Below are positions 32,590 through 47,500 of a stretch of DNA of 64,000 nt, piece after piece. Each line of letters starts with the position of its first letter. Within the stretch, counting starts at the first letter, position 1. Origin of the DNA: Amphiscolops sp. MND2022 (Eukaryota); NCBI GenBank assembly GCA_964187785.1, contig OZ076421.1, positions 49,042,001 through 49,106,000 of the forward strand. Reading direction: 5' to 3'. A program made the position numbers and the translations under genes. A model generated the notes under the pieces. It was not told the DNA's origin. It did not search any database and saw only the letters and a list, made by a program, of their open reading frames with translations.

Positions 32590-35500
32590 TGTCTCGAAAA
32601 AAGTTCACTGTCTGTAAAAACTTCTGAAGAATGTTTTTCTTCACCCATTCACTCACCTTATAATACTGTACTTACCTAATACCCTATCATTAAAATGTTT
32701 CCTTTATGTTTTTTAAATTTTGGTGCGTGAAAAACCTTGACGCCATAGTTTCTGTGATTCGGCAAATCGTCATTGATCTGAGTAGAAGCCTATACGAGTC
32801 ACAAATGAAGATTTAAAAACCAGAAGTTGAAGAAACATGGCCTATATGTGGAAACAATGCAGTTACTATAAAAAACACAGAATCCCAAACAACACATGGT
32901 GCAGTTGTTTGTGAAGATTTTCTATGGACCATAACAACCAACTTGATTTTATGTCTTTATATCATTTGAATTTTTATCTATAATAAATTATGTGAAGACA
33001 ATCCCCCCTTTGACACCAACAAAGTTACCAACATTGGAGGGTAAAAATGCTCTGTTCTCAAAAGTTCTCCAAAAAAATCCTATCTTGGTTTGTTCTTCGA
33101 ACTCACTCAACTCCAGATTATTGAAGAAACACGACTTAGTTCTCTATACAAACCTGGTGCCCAAACAACACATGATGAAGCTGTTCGTGGAGATTTTATT
33201 GGAAGGAAGTGAAGACGACAAGAACAATGGCTGATGACCCAAGAGCAAAGGGAGTACCCAAGACCAAAGCCTAAAGAGTTGGGGAGAAGTGTTACATTCC
33301 TAAAAAATGTTTCCAAAACTTGGACAGCGATGAACGTCAAAACCAGAGGTCGATTGTGTTGGCAATATTGAGCAAACTGAGCCAAAGGTTCCTCTAAGGA
33401 ACAATTTGGGTGCCTCAACTGTGATTTGGGAACCAGAAATGAAAAGTTGAAGGAATGCACCGGATGTCACGCTGTTTATAAACTTTGCCTGATGGCGGGA
33501 AACCGAATATTGCCCATGCGAGAGGCCATGCAAAAGAATTTGAATGTATGCAAGCTGTTCTTATTCCTCCCCACGGAGCTCCTCACCCCCTCCCCCAACT
33601 TTTCCCTTCATCATGAGCATCAAGAGGAAGAGAGTACCCAAGGCCAAGGCCTAAAAAGCTGGGCGAGAAGTATTACATTCTTGAAAAATGTCTGCATAAC
33701 TTGGGCAGCGATGAACGTCAATACCAACACTTGTAGCAAAAAGTGCAGTGGTCGAGGAACCAGACTCTGTTATAAACTTTCACAGTACGACAATCCTGGG
33801 AATGGAAGGGATCCACATCATTGATAAACCGAGCAAGATAATAAGGAGAGTCGGCTGCATCCACAACGAGTAATTCACGAGGACCAGTCTCAATACTATA
33901 CAACTTTTATCAGAATTGACCTAGAGACCATGGAGCGACTTAATTTTATATCTTTATATCATTTAAATTTTATTCATTAATAAATTATGTGAAGACAATC
34001 CCCCTTTAACACCAACAAAGCTACCAACATTGGAGGGTAAAAATGCTCTGTTCTCAAAAGTTCTCCAAAAAAACTCGCTCAACTCCAGATTATTGAAGAA
34101 ACACGACCTAGTTCTCTATACAAACCTGGTGCCCAAACAACACATAATGAAGCTGTTCGTGGAGATTTTATTGGAAGGCAGTGAAGACGACAAGAACAAT
34201 GGCGTCAACTCCAGCTTTAGCTGGCTTCCCATCCCTCCAAGTGTGCAGGGATCTGAGCAGAAGCCCTCACGAATCACAGATGAAGATTTGAAACTGGCAA
34301 CCAAACAGTTTATTGTCTGTACAAAAAAAGATACTGGAGAGGCTTCTTTATGACGAAAATGATTGACGCAGAGTGCTTTGTGAGACTGCCTGATCTTGGA
34401 TTAATTGTTCAAGTGAAGAAGTGGCGATTGAACAATGCCTTTTTCATAGGACCTGAACTTGAATTGATGTTTTTTCGACCCAGAAAGTGGTGTACACTTT
34501 TCAAAGATAATTCACTTCAGCAATACAAAACGATGACAATAGAGCATTCGAAGAATTTGCTGTACGATATTCAGAGGAAACCAATCAACTTCACGGTCAG
34601 AAAGTGAAAAGTTCGAGACGAAAAGAGCAATGGCGTCAACTACAGCTTTAGCTGGCTTTCCACCCCTCCAAGTGTGCAGGGTTTTCACTGTCTCGAACAA
34701 AGTTCACTGTCTGTAAAAACTTCTCAAGAATGTTTTTCTTCACCCATTCACTCACCTTATAATACTGTACTTACCTAATACCCTATTATTGAAATGTTTC
34801 CCTTATGTTTAAATTTTGTTGCGTGAAAAACCTTGACACCATAGTTTCTGCGATTCGGCAAATCGTCATTGATCTGAGCAGAAGCCTATACGAGTCACAA
34901 ATGAAGATTTGAAAACCAGAAGTTGAAGAAACATGGCCTATAAGTGGAAAGAATGCGGATACTGTAAAAAACACAGAATCCCAAACAACACATGGTGCAG
35001 TTGTTCGTGAAGATTTTCTATGGACCATAATCAACTAAATTTTATATCTTTATATCATTTAAATTTTATTCATTAATAAATTATGTGAAGACAATCCCCC
35101 CTTTAACACCAACAAAGTTACCAACATTGGAGGGTCAAAATGCTCTGTTCTCAAAAGTTCTCCAAAAAATCCTATCTTTGTTTGTGCTTTGAACTCACTC
35201 AACTCCAGAATATTGAAGAAACACGACCTAGTTCTCTATACAAACCTTGTGCCCAAACAACACATGATAAAGCTGTTCGTGGAGATTTTATTGGAAGGCA
35301 GTGAAGACGACAAGAACAAAGGCGTCAAATCCAGCTTAAGCTGGCTTCCCATCCCTCCAAGTGTGCAGGGATCTGAGCAGAATCCCTCACGAATAACAAA
35401 TGAAGATTTGAAATTGACAACCAAAAAGTTTGTGTGTACAAAAAAAGATACTGGAGAGGCTTCATTATGACGAAAATGACTGACGCAGAGTACCTTGTGA

Positions 35501-38500
35501 GACTGCCTGATCTTGGAATAATTGTTCAAGTGAAGAAGTGGCGATTAAGCATTGCCTTTTTCATAGGACCTGAACTTGAATTGATCAAGTTTTTTGGACT
35601 CAGAAAGTGGTGTACACTTTTCGAAGATAATTCACTTCAGCAATACAAAACGATGACAATAGAGCATTTGAAGAATTTGCTGTACGATATTCAGAGGAAA
35701 CCAATCAACTTCTTCACGGTCAGAAAGTGAGAAGTTCGAGACGAAAAGAGCAATGGCGTCAACTACAGCTTTAGCTGGCTTCCCACCCCTCCCAGTGTGC
35801 AGGGTTTTCACTGTCTCGAAAAAAGTTTACTGTCTCTAAAAACTTCTCAAGAATGTTTTTCTTCACCCATTCACTCAACTTATAATACTGTACTTACCTA
35901 ATACCCTATTATTGAAATGTTTCCCTTATGTTTTTAAAATTTTGTTGCGTGAAAAACCTTGACACCATAGTTTCTGCGATTCGGCAAATCGTCATTGATC
36001 TGAGCAGAAGCCTATACGAGTCACAAATGAAGATTTGAAAACCAGAAGTTGAAGAAAAATGGCCTATAAGTGGAAGGAATGCGGATACTGTAAAAAACAC
36101 AGAATCCCAAACAACACATGGTGCAGTTGTTCGTGAAGATTTTCTATGGACCATAATCAACTAAATTTTATATCTTTATATCATTTAAGTTTTATTCATT
36201 AATAAATTATGTGAAGACAATCCCCCCTTTAACACCAACAAAGTTACCAACATTGGAGGGTCAAAATGCTCTGTTCTCAAAAGTTCTCCAAAAAATCCTA
36301 TCTTTGTTTGTGCTTTGAACTCACTCAACTCCTGAATATTGAAGAAACACGACCTAGTTCTCTATACAAACCTTGTGCCCGAACAACACATGATAAAGCT
36401 GTTCGTGGAGATTTTATTGGAAGGCAGTGAAGACGACAAGAACAAAGGCGTCAGCTCCAGCTTAAGCTGGCTTCCCATCCCTCCAATTGTGCAGGGATCT
36501 GAGCAGAATCCCTCACGAATCACAAATGAAGATTTGAAATTGACAACCAGAAAGTTTGTTTGTACAAAAAAAAGATACTGGAGAGGCTTCGTTATGACGA
36601 AAATGACTGACGCAGAGTACCTTGTGAGACTGCCTGATCTTGGATTAATTGTTCAAGTGAAGAAGTGGCGATTAAGCAATGCCTTTTTCATAGGACCTGA
36701 ACTTGAATTGATCAAGTTTTTTGGACTCAGAAAGTGGTGTACACTTTTCAAAGATAATTCACTTCAGCAATACAAAACGACGACAATAGAGCTTTTGAAG
36801 AATTTGCTGTACGATATTCAGAGGAAACCAATCAACTTCTTCACGGTCAGAAAGTGAGAAGTTCGAGACGAAAAGAGCAATGGCGTCAACTACAGTTTTA
36901 GCTGGCTTCCCACCCCTCCAAGTGTGCAGGGTTTTCACTGTCTCGAAAAAAGTTTACTGTCTGTAAAAACTTCTCAAGAATGTTTTTCTTCACCCATTCA
37001 CTCAACTTATAGTACTGTACTTACCTAATACCCTATTATTGAAATGTTTCCCTTATGTTTTTTAAATTTTGTTGCGTGAAAAACCTTGACACCATAGTTT
37101 CTGCGATTCGGCAAATCGTCATTGATCTGAGCAGAAGCCTATACGAGTCACAAATGAAGATTTGAAAACCAGAAGTTGAAGAAACATGGCCTATAAGTGG
37201 AAAGAATGCGGATACTGTAAAAAACACAGAATCCCAAACAACACATGGTGCAGTTGTTCGTGAAGATTTTCTATGGACCATAATCAACTAAATTTTATAT
37301 CTTTATATCATTTAAATTTTATTCATTAATAAATTATGTGAAGACAATCCCCCCTTTAACACCAACAAAGTTACCAACATTGGAGGGTCAAAATGCTCTG
37401 TTCTCAAAAGTTCTCCAAAAAATCCTATCTTTGTTTGTGCTTTGAACTCACTCAACTCCAGAATATTGAAGAAACACGACCTAGTTCTCTATACAAACCT
37501 TGTGCCCAAACAACACATGATAAAGCTGTTCGTGGAGATTTTATTGGAAGGCAGTGAAGACGACAAGAACAAAGGCGTCAAATCCAGCTTAAGCTGGCTT
37601 CCCATCCCTCCAAGTGTGCAGGGATCTGAGCAGAATCCCTCACGAATAACAAATGAAGATTTGAAATTGACAACCAAAAAGTTTGTCTGTACAAAAAAAG
37701 ATACTGGAGAGGCTTCATTATGACGAAAATGACTGACGCAGAGTACCTTGTGAGACTGCCTGATCTTGGAATAATTGTTCAAGTGAAGAAGTGGCGATTA
37801 AGCAATGCCTTTTTCATAGGACCTGAACTTGAATTGATCAAGTTTTTTGGACTCAGAAAGTGGTGTACACTTTTCGAAGATAATTCACTTCAGCAATACA
37901 AAACGATGACAATAGAGCATTTGAAGAATTTGCTGTACGATATTCAGAGGTAACCAATCAACTCCTTCACGGTCAGAAAGTGAGAAGTTCGAGACGAAAA
38001 GAGCAATGGCGTCAACTACAGCTTTAGCTGGCTTCCCACCCCTCCAAGTGTGCAGGGTTTTCACTGTCTCGAAAAAAGTTTACTGTCTCTAAAAACTTCT
38101 CAAGAATGTTTTTCTTCACCCATTCACTCAACTTAAAATACTGTACTTACCTAATACCCTATTATTGAAATGTTTCCCTTATGTTTTTAAAATTTTGTAG
38201 CGTGAAAAACCTTGACACCATAGTTTCTGCGATTCGGCAAATCGTCATTGATCTGAGCAGAAGCCTATACGAGTCACAAATGAAGATTTGAAAACCAGAA
38301 GTTGAAGAAAAATGGCCTATAAGTGGAAGGAATGCGGATACTGTAAAAAACACAGAATCCCAAACAACACATGGTGCAGTTGTTCGTGAAGATTTTCTAT
38401 GGACCATAATCAACTAAATTTTATATCTTTATATCATTTAAGTTTTATTCATTAATAAATTATGTGAAGACAATCCCCCCTTTAACACCAACAAAGTTAC

Positions 38501-41500
38501 TAACATTGGAGGGTCAAAATGCTCTGTTCTCAAAAGTTCTCCAAAAAATCCTATCTTTGTTTGTGCTTTGAACTCACTCAACTCCTGAATATTGAATAAA
38601 CACGACCTAGTTCTCTATACAAACCTTGTGCCCAAACAACACATGATAAAGCTGTTCGTGGAGATTTTATTGGAAGGCAGTGAAGACGACAAGAACAAAG
38701 GCGTCAGCTCCAGCTTAAGCTGGCTTCCCATCCCTCCAAGTGTGCAGGGATCTGAGCAGAATCCCTCACGAATCACAAATGAAGATTTGAAATTGACAAC
38801 CAGAAAGTTTGTTTGTACAAAAAAAAGATACTGGAGAGGCTTCGTTATGACGAAAATGACTGACGCAGAGTACCTTGTGAGACTGCCTGATCTTGGATTA
38901 ATTGTTCAAGTGAAGAAGTGGCGATTAAGCAATGCCTTTTTCATAGGACCTGAACTTGAATTGATCAAGTTTTTTGGACTCAGAAAGTGGTGTACACTTT
39001 TCAAAGATAATTCACTTCAGCAATACAAAACGACGACAATAGAGCTTTTGAAGAATTTGCTGTACGATATTCAGAGGAAACCAATCAACTTCTTCACGGT
39101 CAGAAAGTGAGAAGTTCGAGACGAAAAGAGCAATGGCGTCAACTACAGTTTTAGCTGGCTTCCCACCCCTCCAAGTGTGCAGGGTTTTCACTGTCTCGAA
39201 AAAAGTTTACTGTCTGTAAAAACTTCTCAAGAATGTTTTTCTTCACCCATTCACTCAACTTATAGTACTGTACTTACCTAATACCCTATTATTGAAATGT
39301 TTCCCTTATGTTTTTTAAATTTTGTTGCGTGAAAAACCTTGACACCATAGTTTCTGCGATTCGGCAAATCGTCATTGATCTGAGCAGAAGCCTATACGAG
39401 TCACAAATGAAGATTTGAAAACCAGAAGTTGAAGAAAAATGGCCTATAAGTGGAAAGAATGCGGATACTGTAAAAAACACAGAATCCCAAACAACACATG
39501 GTGCAGTTGTTCGTGAAGATTTTCTATGGACCATAATCAACTAAATTTTATATCTTTATATCATTTAATATTTATTCATTAATAAATTATGTGAAGACAA
39601 TCCCCTCTTTAACACCAGCAAAGTTACCTACATTGGAGGGTCAAAATGCTCTGTTCTCAAAAGTTCTCCAAAAAATCCTATCTTTGTGCTTTGAACTCAC
39701 TCAACTCCAGAATATCGAAGAAACACGACCTAGTTCTCTATACAAACCTTGTGCCCAAACAACACATGATAAAGCTGTTCGTGGAGATTTTATTGGAAGG
39801 CAGTGAAGACGACAAGAACAAAGGCGTCAACTCCAGCTTAAGCTGGCTTCCCATCCCTCCAAGTGTGCAGGGATCTGAGCAGAATCCCTCACGAATCACA
39901 AATGAAGATTTGAAACTGACAACCAAAAAGTTTGTCTGTACAAAAAAAAGATACTGGAGAGGCTTCGTTATGACGAAAATGACTGACGCAGAGTACCTTG
40001 TGAGACTGCCTGATCTTGGATTAATTGTTCAAGTGAAGAAGTGGCGATTAAGCAATGCCTTTTTCATAGGACCTGAACTTGAATTGATCAAGTTTTTTGG
40101 ACTCAGAAATCGGTGTACACTTTTCAAAGATAATTCACTTCAGCAATACAAAACGACGACAATAGAGCATTTGAAGAATTTGCTGTACGATATTCAGAGG
40201 AAACCAATCAACTTCTTCACGGTCAGAAAGTGAGAAGTTCGAGACGAAAAGAGCAATGGCGTCAACTACAGTTTTAGCTGGCTTCCCACCCCTCCAAGTG
40301 TGCAGGGTTTTCACTGTCTCGAAAAAAGTTTACTGTCTGTAAAAACTTCTCAAGAATGTTTTTCTTCACCCATTCACTCAACTTATAGTACTGTACTTAC
40401 CTAATACCCTATTATTGAAATGTTTCCCTTATGTTTTTTTAATTTTGTTGCGTGAAAAACCTTGACACCATAGTTTCTGCGATTCGGCAAATCGTCATTG
40501 ATCTGAGCAGAAGCCTATACGAGTCACAAATGAAGATTTGAAAACCAGAAGTTGAAGAAAAATGGCCTATAAGTGGAAAGAATGCGGATACTGTAAAAAA
40601 CACAGAATCCCAAACAACACATGGTGCAGTTGTTCGTGAAGATTTTCTATGGACCATAATCAACTAAATTTTATATCTTTATATCATTTAAATTTTATTC
40701 ATTAATAAATTATGTGAAGACAATCCCCCCTTTAACACCAACAAAGTTACCAACATTGGAGGGTCAAAATGCTCTGTTCTCAAAAGTTCTCCAAAAAATC
40801 CTATCTTTGTTTGTGCTTTGAACTCACTCAACTCCAGAATATCGAAGAAACACGACCTAGTTCTCTATACAAACGTTGTGCCCAAACAACACATGATAAA
40901 GCTGTTCGTGGAGATTTTATTGGAAGGCAGTGAAGACGACAAGAACAAAGGCGTCAACTCCAGCTTAAGCTGGCTTCCCATCCCTCCAAGTGTGCAGGGA
41001 TCTGAGCAGAATCCCTCACGAATCACAAATGAAGATTTGAAACTGACAACCAAAAAGTTTGTCTGTACAAAAAAAAGATACTGGAGAGGCTTCGTTATGA
41101 CGAAAATGACTGACGCAGAGTACCTTGTGAGACTGCCTGATCTTGGATTAATTGTTCAAGTGAAGAAGTGGCGATTAAGCAATGCCTTTTTCATAGGACC
41201 TGAACTTGAATTGATCAAGTTTTTTGGACTCAGAAAGTGGTGTACACTTTTCGAAGATAATTCACTTCAGCAATACAAAACGATGACAATAGAGCATTTG
41301 AAGAATTTGCTGTACGATATTCAGAGGAAACCAATCAACTTCTTCACGGTCAGAAAGTGAGAAGTTCGAGACGAAAAGAGCAATGGCGTCAACTACAGCT
41401 TTAGCTGGCTTCCCACCCCTCCAAGTGTGCAGGGTTTTCACTGTCTCGAAAAAAGTTTTCTGTCTGTAAAAACTTCTCAAGAATGTTTTTCTTCACCCAT

Positions 41501-44500
41501 TCACTCAACTTATAATACTGTACTTACCTAATACCCTATTATTAAAATGTTTCCCTTATGTTTTTTAAATTTTGTTGCGTGAAAAACCTTGACACCATAG
41601 TTTCTGCGATTCGGCAAATCGTCATTGTTCTGAGCAGAAGCCTATACGAGTCACAAATGAAGATTTGAAAACCAGAAGTTGAAGAAACATGGCCTATATG
41701 TGGAAACAATGCAGTTACTATAAAAAACACAGAATCCCAAACAACACATGGTGCAGTTGTTTGTGAAGATTTTCTATGGACCATAACAACAAACTTAATT
41801 TTATATCTTTATAACATTTAAATTTTATTCATTAACAAATTATGTGAAGACAATCTCCCCTTTAACACCAACAAAGTTACCAACATTGGAGGGTAAAAAT
41901 GCTCTGTTCTCAAAAGTTCTCCAAAAAAATCCTATCTTTGTTCGTGCTTCGAACTCACTCAACTCCAGATTATCGAAGAAACACGACTTAGTTCTCTATA
42001 CAAACCTGGTGCCCAAACAACACATGATAAAGCTGTTCGTGGAGAGTTTATTGGAAGGAAGTGAAGACGACAATAACAATGGCTGATGACCCAAGAGCAA
42101 AGGGAGTACCCAAGACCAAGGCCTAAAGAATTGGGGAGAAGTGTTACATTCCTAAAAAATGTCTCCATAACTTGGACAGCGATGAACGTCAAAACCAGAG
42201 GTCGATTGTGTTGGCAATATTGAGCAAACTGAGTCAAAGGTTCCTCTAAGGAACAATTTGGGTACCTCAAAAGTGATTTGGAAACCAGAAATGAAAAGTT
42301 GAAGGAATGCACCGGATGTCACGCTGTTTATAAACTTTGCCTCGATGGCGGGAAACCGAATATTGCCCATGCAAGAGGCCATGCAAAAGAATTGGAATAA
42401 ATGCAAGCTGTTCTTATTCCTCCCCACGGAGCTCCTCACCCCCTCCCCCAACTCTCCCTTCATCATGGGCATCAAGAGGAAGGGAGTACCCAAGGCCAAG
42501 GCCTAAAAAGTTGAGCGAGAAGTATTACATTCTTGAAAATGTCTGCATAACTTGGGCTGCGATGAACGTCAATACCAACACTCGTAGCAAAAAGCGCAGT
42601 GGTCGAGGAACTAGACTCTTTGTTATAAACTTTCACAGGACGACAATCCTGGGAAAGGAAGGGATCCACATCATTGATAAACCGCGCAAGACAATGAGGA
42701 GAGTCGGTTGCATCCACAACGAGTGATTCACGAGGACCAGGCTCAGTACTATACAACTTTTATCAGAATTGACCTAGAGACCATGGAGCGACTTAATTTT
42801 ATATCTTTATATCATTTAGATTTTATTCATTAATTATGTGACGACAATCCCCCTTAAACACCAACAAAGTTAACAACATTGGAGGGTAAAAATGCTCTGT
42901 TCTCAAAAGTTCTCCAAAAAAATCCTATCTTTGTTTGTGCTTCGAACTCACTCAACTCCAGATTATTGAAGAAACACGACTCAGTTCTCTATACAAACCC
43001 GGTGCCCAAACAACACATGATAAAGCTGTTCGTGGAGATTTTATTGGAAGGCAGTGAAGACGACAAGAACAAAGGCGTCAACTCCAGCTTAAGCTGGCTT
43101 CCCATCCCTCCAAGTGTGCAGGGATCTGAGCAGAATCCCTCACGAATCACAAATGAAGATTTGAAACTGACAACCAAAAAGTTTGTCTGTACAAAAAAAA
43201 AGATACTGGAGAGGCTTCGTTATGACGAAAATGACTGACGCAGAGTACCTTGTGAGACTGCCTGATCTTGGATTAATTGTTCAAGTGAAGAAGTGGCGAT
43301 TAAGCAATGCCTTTTTCATAGGACCTGAACTTGAATTGATCAAGTTTTTTGGACTCAGAAAGTGGTGTACACTTTTCGAAGATAATTCACTTCAGCAATA
43401 CAAAACGATGACAATAGAGCATTTGAAGAATTTGCTGTACGATATTCAGAGGAAACCAATCAACTTCTTCACGGTCAGAAAGTGAGAAGTTCGAGACGAA
43501 AAGAGCAATGGCGTCAACTACAGCTTTAGCTGGCTTCCCACCCCTCCAAGTGTGCAGGGTTTTCACTGTCTCGAAAAAAGTTTTCTGTCTGTAAAAACTT
43601 CTCAAGAATGTTTTTCTTCACCCATTCACTCAACTTATAATACTGTACTTACCTAATACCCTATTATTAAAATGTTTCCCTTATGTTTTTTAAATTTTGT
43701 TGCGTGAAAAACCTTGACACCATAGTTTCTGCGATTCGGCAAATCGTCATTGTTCTGAGCAGAAGCCTATACGAGTCACAAATGAAGATTTGAAAACCAG
43801 AAGTTGAAGAAACATGGCCTATATGTGGAAACAATGCAGTTACTATAAAAAACACAGAATCCCAAACAACACATGGTGCAGTTGTTTGTGAAGATTTTCT
43901 ATGGACCATAACAACAAACTTAATTTTATATCTTTATAACATTTAAATTTTATTCATCAACAAATTATGTGAAGACAATCTCCCCTTTAACACCAACAAA
44001 GTTACCAACATTGGAGGGTAAAAATGCTCTGTTCTCAAAAGTTCTCCAAAAAAATCCTATCTTTGTTCGTGCTTCGAACTCACTCAACTCCAGATTATTG
44101 AAGAAACACGACTTAGTTCTCTATACAAACCTGGTGCCCAAACAACACATGATAAAGCTGTTCGTGGAGAGTTTATTGGAAGGAAGTGAAGACGACAATA
44201 ACAATGGCTGATGACCCAAGAGCAAAGGGAGTACCCAAGACCAAGGCCTAAAGAATTGGGGAGGAGTGTTACATTCCTAAAAAATGTCTCCATAACTTGG
44301 ACAGCGATGAACGTCAAAACCAGAGGTCGATTGTGTTGGCAATATTGAGCAAACTGAGTCAAAGGTTCCTCTAAGGAACAATTTGGGTACCTCAAAAGTG
44401 ATTTGGAAACCAGAAATGAAAAGTTGAAGGAATGCACCGGATGTCACGCTGTTTATAAACTTTGCCTCGATGGCGGGAAACCGAATATTGCCCATGCAAG

Positions 44501-47500
44501 AGGCCATGCAAAAGAATTGGAATAAATGAAAGCTGTTCTTATTCCTCCCCACGGAGCTCCTCACCCCCTCCCCCAACTCTCCCTTCATCATGGGCATCAA
44601 GAGGAAGGGAGTACCCAAGGCCAAGGCCTAAAAAGTTGGGCGAGAAGTATTACATTCTTGAAAATGTCTGCATAACTTGGGCAGCGATGAACGTCAAAAC
44701 CAGAGGTCGATTGTGTTGGCAATATTGAGCAAACTGAGTCAAAGGTTCCTCTAAGGAACAATTTGGGTACCTCAAAAGTGATTTGGAAACCAGAAATGAA
44801 AAGTTGAAGGAATGCACCGGATGTCACGCTGTTTATAAACTTTGCCTCGATGGCGGGAAACTGAATATTGCCCATGCAAGAGGCCATGCAAAAGAATTGG
44901 AATAAATGCAAGCTGTTCTTATTCCTCCCCACGGAGCTCCTCACCCCCTCCCCCAACTCTCCCTTCATCATGGGCATCAAGAGGAAGGGAGTACCCAAGG
45001 CCAAGGCCTAAAAAGTTGGGCGAGAAGTATTACATTCTTGAAAATGTCTGCATAACTTGGGCAGCGATGAACGTCAATACCAACACTCGTAGCAAAAAGC
45101 GCAGTGGTCGAGGAACTGGACTCTTTGTTATAAACTTTCACAGGACGACAATCCTGGGAAAGGAAGGGATCCACATCATTGATAAACCGAGCAAGACAAT
45201 GAGGAGAGTCGGTTGCATCCACAACGAGTGATTCACGAGGACCAGGCTCAGTACTATACAACTTTTATCAGAATTGACCTAGAGACCATGGAGCGACTTA
45301 ATTTTATATCTTTATTTCATTTAGATTTTATTCATTAATTATGTGACGACAATCCCCCTTTAACACCAACAAAGTTACCAACATTGGAGGGTAAAAATGC
45401 TCTGTTCTCAAAAGTTCTCCAAAAAATCCTATCTTTGTTTGTGCTTCGAACTCGCTCAGCTCCAGATTATCGAAGAAACACGACCTAGTTCTCTATACAA
45501 ACCTGGTGCCCAAACAACACATAATAAAGCTGTTCGTGGAGATTTTATTGGAAGGCAGTGAAGACGACAAGAACAATGGCGTCAACTCCAGCTTTAGCTA
45601 ACTTCCCATCCCTCCAAGTGTGCAGGGATCTGAGCAGAAGCCCTCACGAATCACAAATGAAGATTTTGAAACTGACAACCAAAAAGTTTGTCTGTACAAA
45701 AAAGATACTGGAGAGGCTTCGTTATGACGAAAATGACTGACACAGAGTACCTTGTGAGACTGCCTGATCTTGGATTAATTGTTCAAGTGAAGAAGTGGCG
45801 ATTAAGCAATGCCTTTTTCATAGGACCTGAACTTGAATTGATCAAGTTTTTTGGACTCAGAAAGTGGTGTACACTTTTCAAAGATAATTCACTTCAGCAA
45901 TACAAAACGACGACAATAGAGCATTTGAAGAATTTGCTGTACGATATTCAGAGGAAACCAATCAACTTCTTCACGGTCAGAAAGTGAGAAGTTCGAGACG
46001 AAAAGAGCAATGGCGTCAACTACAGCTTTAGCTGGCTTCCCACCCCTCCAAGTGTGCAGGGTTTTCACTGTCTCGAAAAAAGTTCACTGTCTCTAAAAAC
46101 TTCTGAAGAATGTTTTTCTTCACCCATTCACTCAACTTATAATACTGTACTTACCTAATACCCTATTATTAAAATGTTTCCCTTTTGTTTTTTAAATTTT
46201 GTTGCGTGAAAAACTTTGACACCATAGTTTCTGCTAATCGGCAAATCGTCATTGATCTGAGCAGAAGCCTATACGAGTCACAAATGAAGATTTGGAAACC
46301 AGAAGTTGAAGAAACATGGCCTATATGTGGAAACAATGCAGTTACTATAAAAAACACAGAATCCCAAACAACACATGGTGCAGTTGTTTGTGAAGATTTT
46401 CTGTGGACCATAATCATTATTTTATATCTTTATATCATTTGAATTTTATTCATTAATAAATTATGTGAAGACAATCCCCCCTTTGACACCAACAAAGTTA
46501 CCAACATTGTAGGGTAAAAATGCTCTGTTCTCAAAAGTTCTCCAAAAAAATCCTATCTTGGTTTGTTCTTCGAACTCACTCAACTCCAGATTATTGAAGA
46601 AACACGACTTAGTTCTCTATACAAACCTGGTGACCAAACAACACATGATAAAGCTGTTCGTGGAGATTTTATTGGAAGGCAGTAAAGACGACAAGAACAA
46701 TGGCGTCAACTCCAGCTTTAGCTGGCTTCCCATACCTCCAAGTGTGCAGGGATCTGAGCAGAAGCCCTCACGAATCACAAATGAAGATTTGAAACTCACA
46801 ACCAAAAAGTTTATTGTCTGTACAAAAAAAGATACTGGAGAGGCTTCGTTATGACGAAAAATGATTGACCACATAGTACTTTGTGAGACTGCCTGATCTT
46901 GGATTAATTGTTCAAGTGAAGAAGTGGCGATTAAGCAATGCCTTTTTCATAGGACCTGAACTTGAATTAATCAAGTTTTTTCGACCCAGAAAGTGGTGTA
47001 CACTTTTCGAAGATAATTCACTTCAGCAATACAAAACGATGACAATAGAGCAATTGAAGAGTTTGCTGTACGATATTCAGAGGAAACCAATCAACTTCTT
47101 CACGGTCAGAAAGTGAGAAGTTCGAGACGAAAAGAGCAATGGCGTCAACTACAGCATTAGCTGGCTTCCCACCCCTCCAAGTGTACAGGGTTTTCACTGT
47201 CTCGAAAAAAGTTCACTGTCTGTAAAAACTTCTCAAGAATGTTTTTCTTCACCCATTCACTCACCTTATAATACTGTACTTACCTAATACCCTATTATTG
47301 AAATGTTTCCCTTATGTTTTTTAAATTTTGTTGCGTGAAAAACCTTGACACCATAGTTTCTGCGATTCGGCAAATCGTCATTGATCTGAGCAGAAGCCTA
47401 TACGAGTCACAAATGAAGATTTGAAAACCAGAAGTTGAAGAAACATGGCCTATAAGTGGAAAGAATGCGGATACTGTGAAAAACACAGAATCCCAAACAA